From assembly GCA_036005325.1 (NCBI GenBank), contig DASYQR010000130.1, forward strand, positions 1 to 52,864: 52,864 nt of DNA, in the 5' to 3' direction. Source of the stretch: Nitrospirales bacterium. Lineage in GTDB: Bacteria; Nitrospirota; Nitrospiria; Nitrospirales; NS-4. How positions within the stretch are numbered: the stretch's first letter is position 1; each line of letters starts with the position of its first letter. Positions 1-6,410 of the stretch are shown here, piece by piece. A program made the position numbers and the translations under genes. The notes beneath the pieces were generated by a model. The model did no database searches and had not been told where the DNA came from. It saw only the letters and a list, made by a program, of their open reading frames with translations.

Positions 1-161
1 CCTTCGCCGACCTTGGCCGGAAGGAGATGGGGATCGAAAGGCAGTTTTGCCTTCGGTGTCATCCAGGACTCCTGTTTTAGGCTCCTGTGGCACTATATGA
101 ATACCATGGGCGGGGATCGTTGTACAAGAAGGGGATATTGCAGCGGTTCTCCCTCGCTGTC

Positions 162-390
162 TCAGTTACTCAGCTTCTTACTGTTGATGGTGAGAGAAAG
201 CTTTCCGTCTGTTATCGAGCTCGTTGCTCCCTTGAAGCCGCCCTCTCGCCCAAGCGTGATGCCATACCTGCTAGGTAAATCGTGTTCGGTCAGCGCGCTG
301 GTCGTAATGGTACTGATGGAGCGGATGGACTCACACCCGAGGGGCATCAACAATAAGACAACCAAACAGCGCGTAGTGAAACACTTTCAT
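162..390 (-). pseudogene. Small lipoprotein-like gene, apparently frameshifted near its 5' end
   Basis: A GAGGAGG RBS plus ATG at 390 gives MKVFHYALFGCLIV.., which stops after 19 codons. The neighbouring frame (track ORF 162..365) continues VVLLLMPLGC(lipobox)ESIRS.. Loss of one base in the T/A run at about 364-366 would give MKVFHYALLVVLLLMPLGC.. Confidence 0.3.
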
Positions 391-425
391 TGGTTGTCCT
401 CCTCAGAACTGTCAGAAAATGTCGT

Positions 426-460
426 CCAGGCGAGAGGTACGAATAGATCCTCTCGCCTGG
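426..460 (-). terminator. Hairpin terminator downstream of the PepSY gene
   Basis: Perfect 12-bp stem CCAGGCGAGAGG / CCTCTCGCCTGG with an 11-nt loop. On the minus strand it is followed by ACGACATTTTCT. Confidence 0.55.
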
Positions 461-495
461 ACCTGAAGATCATTTCTGTTCGCCGCGTGCGATCG

Positions 496-774
496 TTAAT
501 TCTTCTCTAAAATTTTCCCAGTTTGAGCGTCGACCTTAACTTTATAGGTTTTCTTCGCAGCGTCAACAATTTCAATCTTATACGTGATGCGCCCGTTTTC
601 CTTATCCATTTCGACTTCGTAGGGCTTGCCTCCCGGCACCGAGTCTACAGCTGTCTTGATGGCCTGTTCCATTGAAATCGTCGCTTCAAGCGCCATCTGC
701 TTGTCCGATTTTGCCCACGCATCGCTGAAGCACAGCCCGGAAACCAAGATCGCTATAGCCAGTACGTATCGCAT
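496..774 (-). CDS. Secreted PepSY-domain protein
   Basis: Signal peptide MRYVLAIAILVSGLCFSDAWA. PepSY-like core AIKTAVDSVPGGKPYEVEMDKENGRITYKIEIV..KVKVDAQTGKIL. AAGGAGG RBS. Confidence 0.8.
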   Translation of the reverse strand: MRYVLAIAILVSGLCFSDAWAKSDKQMALEATISMEQAIKTAVDSVPGGKPYEVEMDKENGRITYKIEIVDAAKKTYKVKVDAQTGKILEKN

Positions 775-843
775 AGGTCCTCCTTACATAACGTGAGATT
801 TTTGCCCAGTGACTCATATATCGATGGACGACGTTCGAGCGTG

Positions 844-886
844 AACCTAACAACTCCATCGTGTGTAGTCTGAGCAAAATTGCTCA
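844..886 (-). promoter_or_regulatory. Module copy G: palindromic 16-mer TGAGCAATTTTGCTCA, 21 nt, then TGTTAGGTT, reading toward the PepSY gene
   Basis: 16-mer at 871..886 with perfect dyad TGAGCAA/TTGCTCA. TAGGTT at 844..849 on the minus strand, preceded by TGT. 21-nt spacer. Confidence 0.55.
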
Positions 887-963
887 AGTCTTTAATTTTA
901 CTATGAAACCGTCGCGGCTTGACGGAGTTCGGGGTGAAGCTTCCACCGTCAGGGGCGGCCGGG

Positions 964-1006
964 TGAGCACTTTGGAACAGACGGGGCACCTCGACTCCGG
1001 TATACG
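964..1006 (+). promoter_or_regulatory. Module copy I: TGAGCACTTTGGAACA, 21 nt, then TATACG, reading toward the lipoprotein gene at 1054
   Basis: 16-mer at 964..979, 21-nt spacer, -10-like TATACG at 1001..1006 (no TG extension). Confidence 0.45.
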
Positions 1007-1053
1007 TCATGCAGGCATAAGCGCGCCGGAAATTGTAGCCATCACGAGGCTCT

Positions 1054-1509
1054 ATGAACAAGCCACCGATAACGATGAAAACTACGGGCCTCGTTGTGTG
1101 CCTTCTTGCGCTGGCGAGTTTGCTCGCAGGCTGCGCCGGCGCGCAGAAACCTCACGCGGCAGTCGCGCCCGCAATTGAAGGCGACCTCAGCAGCGAGTGG
1201 GAGATCCAAGACGAAGCCACGTTCGATACGATCACGTTGGATCGCTACGGAAACGGCGGATACAACTGGCAGAATGGCCGGATCGAGACGACAAGCTTTT
1301 CGGACGGCAAGTGGACCGGAAACTGGGTACAGCCGGGCAATGACCGGCAGGGCGGATTCGAGTTAGTGTTATCCCCCGATCGTTCACTCGCTCAGGGAAC
1401 GTGGTGGTACACGCGCATTCGCGAGAAGATCATCCCGCCCGGTGAGCCGGGAAAAGAGTTCAAGTTGAAACGGGTGCCGACAGAAACCACGACACGCCCC
1501 GCGTCTTAA
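1054..1509 (+). CDS. Lipoprotein, function unknown
   Basis: Signal peptide with lipobox LLAGC (..LLALASLLAGCAGAQ). GAGG RBS. No family recognised. Confidence 0.75.
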   Translation: MNKPPITMKTTGLVVCLLALASLLAGCAGAQKPHAAVAPAIEGDLSSEWEIQDEATFDTITLDRYGNGGYNWQNGRIETTSFSDGKWTGNWVQPGNDRQGGFELVLSPDRSLAQGTWWYTRIREKIIPPGEPGKEFKLKRVPTETTTRPAS

Positions 1510-1528
1510 GGTACGTCAGTTAATACGC

Positions 1529-1544
1529 TGTTCGCAATTGCTCA
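1529..1544 (-). promoter_or_regulatory. Module copy F (orphan): TGAGCAATTGCGAACA with no recognisable -10
   Basis: 16-mer matches the consensus at 15/16. It points into the 3' end of the plus-strand lipoprotein gene. Its upstream flank resembles that of copy D. Confidence 0.35.
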
Positions 1545-1645
1545 GAAGTCTTTGTACTCAGGGTTCGATGCCACCGCCGCCGGCCAGAGGGCGTCAGTGC
1601 CGGCCGATCCTCCCGGAGATCTCTCCGATCCTCGTGTCGCTCGGG

Positions 1646-1813
1646 TCAAGAGACTCGGGTAGAGCGTCCCGAGACCAGGTGAATCACCAGCAACACGATT
1701 CCGATCAGGAAGAGAATCCAAGAGATCTGGGAGGCGACGGCGGCGATTCCCGCCAATCCCAGGGCTCCTGCGACCAGTCCTACCAGCAAGAACACTAAGG
1801 CATAGTACAACAT
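1646..1813 (-). CDS. DUF1328 (UPF0391) small membrane protein, 55 aa; below the ORF-track cutoff
   Basis: Manual translation: MLYYALVFLLVGLVAGALGLAGIAAVASQISWILFLIGIVLLVIHLVSGRSTRVS. AAAGGAG RBS 7 nt upstream. The track's plus-strand ORF 1538..1798 is its shadow. Confidence 0.8.
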   Translation of the reverse strand: MLYYALVFLLVGLVAGALGLAGIAAVASQISWILFLIGIVLLVIHLVSGRSTRVS

Positions 1814-1859
1814 CTGAAGCTCCTTTCTGTTGAAGGCAACGACTTACAGTGAGGCGCTC

Positions 1860-1902
1860 ACCCTAACAGCTACCTCGGTTGTCGTCTGTTCACAATTGCT
1901 CA
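1860..1902 (-). promoter_or_regulatory. Module copy A: TGAGCAATTGTGAACA, 21 nt, then TGTTAGGGT, upstream of DUF1328
   Basis: 16-mer at 1887..1902, TAGGGT at 1860..1865 on the minus strand, 21-nt spacer. ATG lies about 40 nt after the predicted start site. Confidence 0.55.
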
Positions 1903-2109
1903 CGGTCTGTGAATTTATTAGAGTTTATTTCGTAAGGTGGTGATTTGGTTCGGTTTATATTTTTCATCAAAGCGGCTGACCTAATCCCCAGCTGTTGTAA
2001 CAGTCTGACTATTAGTCACAGCAGCCGATGCCTACTATAGACTCTGGACCAGTTAAAAGGGGACAGGTTAAGTCTGAGGTAGGCAGTCCAGCGGCGATGC
2101 CGAGCACGT

Positions 2110-2451
2110 TCAGGGCGGGCTGTAACCCAATCCCAGCGGGAACACCGTCGCCGGCTGCCGGCTGGCGGGGGCGGAACTGGCGTCTATCGCCGTGTGGTGT
2201 TGCTGGTCGTCCAGCCTGGCGTTGCGCCGCGCCGTTTCCAGGCGTGCGATCTGGTAAAACTTCTCTGCCTGTTCCGTATTTAATTCTCCTACCCCAACCA
2301 GCCTCACGAGCTCCAGATGGTACGCCTCCAGTTGCTGCTCCAGGGTCAAGACTCCTCTCTCAGTGGATGGATCATGTGGGGTTGCGGGAAGGTTCATGCA
2401 GCCGAAGAACGTGGAGACAACCAGTCCCAGGACTAGCGCGAGAAGCTGCAT
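2110..2451 (-). CDS. Lipoprotein, function unknown
   Basis: MQLLALVLGLVVSTFFGC lipobox-type signal. AGGGAG RBS. Confidence 0.7.
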   Translation of the reverse strand: MQLLALVLGLVVSTFFGCMNLPATPHDPSTERGVLTLEQQLEAYHLELVRLVGVGELNTEQAEKFYQIARLETARRNARLDDQQHHTAIDASSAPASRQPATVFPLGLGYSPP

Positions 2452-2492
2452 GTCGCGTTCTCCCTATTCAGAGTCAGAGCGTAGTTCAGCAT
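2433..2492 (-). other. 19-codon upstream ORF (MLNYALTLNRENATCSFSR) overlapping the lipoprotein start; looks like a relic of a DUF1328 5' end
   Basis: GAAGGGAGTTTCAGATGCTGAACTACGCTCTG closely parallels the DUF1328 start region GAAAGGAGCTTCAGATGTTGTACTATGCCTTA. Confidence 0.3.
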
Positions 2493-2557
2493 CTGAAACT
2501 CCCTTCTATGTCTAGTTAAGTATGCAAAGGCCCGGCCGATGAAATCGGCAACGCTCT

Positions 2558-2600
2558 AACCTAACAGTTACCTCGGTTGCCGTCTGTTCACAATTGCTCA
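2558..2600 (-). promoter_or_regulatory. Module copy B: TGAGCAATTGTGAACA, 21 nt, then TGTTAGGTT
   Basis: 16-mer at 2585..2600, TAGGTT at 2558..2563 on the minus strand, 21-nt spacer. Confidence 0.55.
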
Positions 2601-2634
2601 GAGCCTGTTAATTTATTGAGGGGCGGGGGCGGGT

Positions 2635-4137
2635 TCAACGGCCGGCGGGGGCGACGTCGCGCCACTCGACGGCGCCGAACCGGGTGTCGCCGAGGAAAAC
2701 GTAGGCGAGACTTATGGTTCCCACCGTCTGGTGCCGGTCGGGTATATCGGGATAGTGCGCATCCCGCGCTGACGCGATGTATTGGACCGAGAGGGCGTGG
2801 CGACCGTACACGCGGAGGGTGAACGACGCCGTCCCGCGGGCGATGGTTTCCGATCCACGGTTCTCAGTGGAGCCGACGCCGCTGACATAGTACTCTCGCC
2901 CCGTCACGTCGAGCATGGCCACGTCGCCGAGGATGAGGCGGAGCGCGAGGAGCCCCTGCGGGGTGGCGCCGTAGTGGTAGTCGCGTTCACCTGTGCCGTG
3001 GATCGAGCCGGCCGCGCCGTAGCCGACGCCGCCGAGAGCCGTGCCCTGGAGCGCGATTGCGTCCGAGAGCCACCACTGGGCGGTGGTACCGAGCGAGAGG
3101 GCCGTGCTCGAGACACGGAAGATCTGCGGAGCGATGTAGTCATAGCTCCCGTAGAGACCCCACACCCCGCGATAGGCATCGCCCGCCGCGTAGTCCGTTC
3201 CGAAGAGAAGGCCGCGGGTCATGATGTTCTCGAAGGTATTGGCGCTGGCGGCCCTGAATTGGAAATCGAAATAGTCGAATGGGCGCGTGTAGCTATAGCC
3301 GGGCTTCCCGGGGAGCCCGTAGGCAATGGAGAAATCTGCGGTCCCCTCATTCTGTCTGATGCCGCGCGAAACGTTCGGGGCGTGCGCTAGCGCGCTCAGG
3401 CTTGCGCCGAGCTCGAACCGCGCGAAGACGGCCGGGTCTCGGCTCGGGAACACGTCATCGAACCGGTTGCCGAAGACGAGGCGGTTGAAGCCGGTGGGCG
3501 GTGAGATCACCGCCGCGCCCAGTTCGCGCCAGAACCCGGGCGTGCCGCCGCCGCTCTCGAGCAACAGGCTGGCCATCCGGAAGAGCGGTTCGCCCAAGAA
3601 GCTGCCGCCGATCGGGGTCGAGATCTGGTCGTTGATGGAGGGCGGTCCGGTCTCGCCCCCCATCTCCCAGAGAAAGCTGCCGGCGGCGGCATACGCGAAC
3701 GACTCCCAGAAGTTGAGGCCGGCCGATCGCGCCAATCCGTAGTAGACGGACCCCCCATACGGATGTAGGAACTGGTTCGTGGCGAACGGGTCGCTGTCAA
3801 CCACCCACTTGGAATCGGTCAAGTTCTTCCAGAACGACTCGGTGCCAGTACGGTACACCTCCTTCGGCTCGACGAAGTGCCGGTCGAACTGATTGAGCAG
3901 GAAGAGGTACCCGATGACCTCGACCGCCGGGATGACGTAGCTCCTGCCGGCTCCCGTCTCCCAGGACAGAACGGTCTTCGGCACCTCAGAGCGGGCGGGC
4001 GCGGGAGCGGCCCCCGGCGTCATGGGTGCGGCAGCGGGCTCCTCGGCGAAGCCTGCACCTTGCGTTGCGAGGACGAGTGCGAAGACGCCGGCGAGGAGCG
4101 CCCAGTAAAGCCCACCGGTATGTCGGGATCCGCTCAC
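2635..4137 (-). CDS. Secreted / outer-membrane protein with a DUF3943-like N-terminal region and a beta-rich C-terminal part
   Basis: Signal peptide ..ALVLATQGAGFA. Region FATNQFLHPYGGSVYYGLARSAG..GSFLWEMGGETGPPSINDQISTPIGGSFLGEP recalled as DUF3943-like. Alternating Gly/aromatic C-terminal half. GTG start. Confidence 0.65.
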   Translation of the reverse strand: MSGSRHTGGLYWALLAGVFALVLATQGAGFAEEPAAAPMTPGAAPAPARSEVPKTVLSWETGAGRSYVIPAVEVIGYLFLLNQFDRHFVEPKEVYRTGTESFWKNLTDSKWVVDSDPFATNQFLHPYGGSVYYGLARSAGLNFWESFAYAAAGSFLWEMGGETGPPSINDQISTPIGGSFLGEPLFRMASLLLESGGGTPGFWRELGAAVISPPTGFNRLVFGNRFDDVFPSRDPAVFARFELGASLSALAHAPNVSRGIRQNEGTADFSIAYGLPGKPGYSYTRPFDYFDFQFRAASANTFENIMTRGLLFGTDYAAGDAYRGVWGLYGSYDYIAPQIFRVSSTALSLGTTAQWWLSDAIALQGTALGGVGYGAAGSIHGTGERDYHYGATPQGLLALRLILGDVAMLDVTGREYYVSGVGSTENRGSETIARGTASFTLRVYGRHALSVQYIASARDAHYPDIPDRHQTVGTISLAYVFLGDTRFGAVEWRDVAPAGR

Positions 4138-4212
4138 GATCCCAAACCGCTGTTTATCCCCACAAGCAGTTTCTCCTCCGGCTGAGCCGTTTTCCAGTGC
4201 ATAACGGCCGCA

Positions 4213-4241
4213 AGGCTAAACGACCCTTGGGGACCTGTCAA
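4213..4241 (-). promoter_or_regulatory. Sigma-70-like promoter TTGACA-N17-TAGCCT for the DUF3943 gene
   Basis: -35 at 4236..4241 and -10 at 4213..4218 on the minus strand, with exact 17-nt spacing. This gene lacks the 16-mer module. Confidence 0.45.
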
Positions 4242-4383
4242 GCGCGGCGTCGGTAGCAGAAGAAACGTGCGGGAAAACTCTAATGAGAGGCCTTTCGATC
4301 AACTCAGCGGCGCCGCACATCGCCTTGGGGATGCGGGCGCCGCCGCAGTTTACGCAGAATGGAAGGTCAAAACGAGAACCGAC

Positions 4384-4698
4384 CTATCCAACTTGAAGTG
4401 GGGCAGTATACTTCTTCATGGCGTCTTTGCCCGCTTCGAAGGCAGCGGTCAGGTCTGACTTCTTCTCTTTGATGAACTGCTTGCCCTGTTCGATGGTGGT
4501 ATCCAGCGTAGCCCTGACCTCTTTAGCCTTCTCCCGCATTTCTTCCTCGGCCTTCCCAGCGTAGGTCTTGAGCAGTTTCCTGGTTTCTGCCCCAGACTGA
4601 GGAGCCAGCAGCAATGCCGCTCCTATACCGATTACGGCCCCCGCTAAAAAGGCAAACCCCATCGACCCTGCCGAATATCCGTTGTCTTCTGCCGCCAT
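4384..4698 (-). CDS. YtxH-domain general-stress-type protein
   Basis: N-terminal TM segment FAFLAGAVIGIGAALLLAPQSG followed by a charged helical region (ETRKLLKTYAGKAEEEMREKAKE..), the typical YtxH layout. AAGGAGG RBS. Confidence 0.8.
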   Translation of the reverse strand: MAAEDNGYSAGSMGFAFLAGAVIGIGAALLLAPQSGAETRKLLKTYAGKAEEEMREKAKEVRATLDTTIEQGKQFIKEKKSDLTAAFEAGKDAMKKYTAPLQVG

Positions 4699-4800
4699 TG
4701 GATGACCCTCCTTTATTCCGTACTCATATGTGAGCGTGGACGTCTCATTAGTACCCTCTGCCCCTCGCCGTGCCGATGATGATGCCGACGTCGAGGCTCT

Positions 4801-4843
4801 AACCTAACAGCTCTACCGTGCGCTGTCTGGTCAACATTGCTCA
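4801..4843 (-). promoter_or_regulatory. Module copy C: TGAGCAATGTTGACCA, 21 nt, then TGTTAGGTT, upstream of ytxH-like gene
   Basis: 16-mer at 4828..4843, TAGGTT at 4801..4806 on the minus strand, 21-nt spacer. Confidence 0.5.
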
Positions 4844-4986
4844 GGTTTGACGATGATTGATGATTATGGATATGACCGCTTCTGAGCCATGCCCTAAGTA
4901 CTTCATATCGTTATCGTATGGCCTGCCAGAGCTTTTAATTCGCTTCCCTTAATCTCTGATTCTCTGCCCCTAAATAAATTTAGATG

Positions 4987-5029
4987 TGATCCATTTTGAA
5001 CAGACTACACATGATGTAGCTGTTAGATT
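4987..5029 (+). promoter_or_regulatory. Module copy E: TGATCCATTTTGAACA, 21 nt, then TGTTAGATT, upstream of the small-ORF operon
   Basis: 16-mer at 4987..5002, TAGATT at 5024..5029, 21-nt spacer. Divergent from copy C. Confidence 0.5.
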
Positions 5030-5077
5030 CGAGCATCGATAATAGGCCAACTGAAGGCTTTTCCTGGGAGGTCATTC

Positions 5078-5251
5078 ATGCTCGAGATTATTCAATCCGT
5101 CCATGTTCTCGCCGGCGTCTTCGTTCTTACCGCACTCGCGATCCTTCTCGTTTTCGGGTTCCGAGGTCTCTGCTGGCCCAAGGCGCTGCGGTCGAATGAC
5201 CGCCAAGCCTATCCACACTACGCCCAGTTACTACGTAAGATGCCGTTCTGA
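5078..5251 (+). CDS. Small membrane protein, 57 aa; not in the ORF track
   Basis: GGGAGG RBS 6 nt before the ATG. MLEIIQSVHVLAGVFVLTALAILLVFGFRGLCWPKALRSNDRQAYPHYAQLLRKMPF, one TM segment. Confidence 0.5.
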   Translation: MLEIIQSVHVLAGVFVLTALAILLVFGFRGLCWPKALRSNDRQAYPHYAQLLRKMPF

Positions 5252-5264
5252 CAGGAGGCCCCCC

Positions 5265-5489
5265 ATGAGCACGATGCTCATCGACGATATTGCCCATGAA
5301 ATGCTGGATCCACTGGTTGAGCAGGAGAATCTCCGGTTAGCCTGGAGGATGCGGTTTTTCGGATTTTCCCGCTGCCCGCTGACCCTCGCCCAGCACGCCC
5401 AACTACAAGCTACGTGCCTCCGAGTCCTTGGCCCACGCTGGCGGGAGGACATAGCGAAGGAGGAGCCATGGCACAGAAACAGACTGTAG
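5265..5489 (+). CDS. Hypothetical protein, 74 aa
   Basis: AGGAGG RBS before the ATG at 5265. This is the internal start of track ORF 5103..5489 (MSTMLIDDIAHEMLDPLVEQENL..). Confidence 0.5.
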   Translation: MSTMLIDDIAHEMLDPLVEQENLRLAWRMRFFGFSRCPLTLAQHAQLQATCLRVLGPRWREDIAKEEPWHRNRL

Positions 5490-5749
5490 CGGACCGTATC
5501 ATGGGAAAAACTTCCATGATGACCAGGATGGCCAGCGCGGAGGCGAGTGACGCCGGCCTGTGCCCCCGGTGCAGCGGATTCATGGTGCAGGAAAGGTTCG
5601 ATGACTTCCCCGGGGGGGTCGCCGGCCTGCCTTTCCAAGGAGTCCGATGTGTCAATTGCGGGGAGATTCTTGACCTTCTTATTCTGGAGCATCGCAACCA
5701 GAGACCGCAACCAGTGAACAACCGTCGGCGTTTCCACCAGCAACTCTGA
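5468..5749 (+). CDS. Small zinc-ribbon protein, 93 aa
   Basis: GGAGGAG RBS before the ATG at 5468. Two CxxC pairs (CPRCSG ... CVNCGE). Overlaps the previous ORF by 22 nt. Confidence 0.55.
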   Translation: MAQKQTVADRIMGKTSMMTRMASAEASDAGLCPRCSGFMVQERFDDFPGGVAGLPFQGVRCVNCGEILDLLILEHRNQRPQPVNNRRRFHQQL

Positions 5750-5843
5750 GGCGTAACTCCCGGAGCTGGTGCTCTACGCGATGTCATTTCGATGAGGCTT
5801 CAGTGCCCATCCTCTGATGGCCGTATCGAAAAGGAGGCTTGCC

Positions 5844-5987
5844 ATGACACCCAATGTACAAGATCTCCGGCTCTCCCTACTTGCGCATCTGCGAGATCCC
5901 ACGCAACGAAAGATGCCGTCAGACCGGATTCTGAAGTGGCTATTCGGTATGGTCTTTCTGTTCAACCTATTGTATTTCATCTCGTGA
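5844..5987 (+). CDS. Possible 47-aa tail-anchored membrane peptide
   Basis: AAGGAGG RBS 6 nt before the ATG. MTPNVQDLRLSLLAHLRDPTQRKMPSDRILKWLFGMVFLFNLLYFIS. Confidence 0.35.
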   Translation: MTPNVQDLRLSLLAHLRDPTQRKMPSDRILKWLFGMVFLFNLLYFIS

Positions 5988-6000
5988 GCAATAGTCACCA
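5985..6000 (+). promoter_or_regulatory. Module copy H (degenerate): TGAGCAATAGTCACCA followed by GACTACA, as in copies E and G
   Basis: Matches the consensus first half plus the GACTACA continuation. No -10 at +21. A perfect TATAAT lies at 6045..6050 instead. Confidence 0.3.
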
Positions 6001-6074
6001 GACTACAAAAGAGGCCGGCCGAGAGGCCATGAAGACGGAACGAATATAATTCCTTGCCAAGTTGAGGTATGCCG

Positions 6075-6410
6075 ATGAAACATCTTGCGACCGTAATGAC
6101 GGTGCTTGCGAGTATAGCCATCCAGATTGGCGTAGCTCACGCCGAACCGCCGAAGATTCAACCGCCATCCGTCCCGGAAACACGCGGACCTTCTTCGTCC
6201 GGGGAAATCGACGATTCGATTGCGAACCGATTGACGATCGGCATGTCCGACACGGAAGTCTTAACGCTCGCCGGACCGCCCAAATCTCCTAAGGAGGGAA
6301 ACCTTTCCTCTGCGTCACGCTGGACGTATGTGGTCCGCGATCAAGTGATGGAACTCAGTTTCGGATCTGGTCGTATTGTCGAGATTAAGTGGTTTCCATT
6401 AAAACCCTGA
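6075..6410 (+). CDS. Secreted protein with a BamE/SmpA-OmlA-like region
   Basis: Signal peptide MKHLATVMTVLASIAIQIGVAHA. RLTIGMSDTEVLTLAGPP..WTYVV..ELSFGSGRIVEIKW resembles the SmpA_OmlA fold pattern. GAGG RBS favours the ATG at 6075. Confidence 0.55.
   Translation: MKHLATVMTVLASIAIQIGVAHAEPPKIQPPSVPETRGPSSSGEIDDSIANRLTIGMSDTEVLTLAGPPKSPKEGNLSSASRWTYVVRDQVMELSFGSGRIVEIKWFPLKP

Noticed and set aside
13-510. 165-aa plus-strand ORF at the window start
   Set aside because: It has no RBS and odd composition, and it overlaps the PepSY terminator hairpin and the better-supported minus-strand lipoprotein fragments. Treated as spurious.
1860-1902. Reading the repeated module as a sigma-54 (-24 GG / -12 TTGC) promoter because of the TTGCTCA / TTCAC strings
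   Set aside because: The GG-N10-GC spacing is not met: only 2 nt lie between the candidate elements. The orientation relative to the genes is also wrong. An ECF-type reading (GAAC ... GTT) gives a 20-nt spacer, longer than the usual 16-17 nt.
4306-4348. GC-rich imperfect hairpin downstream of the ytxH-like gene as a terminator
   Set aside because: The stem needs several bulges, and no U-tract follows on the minus strand. Not confident enough to call.
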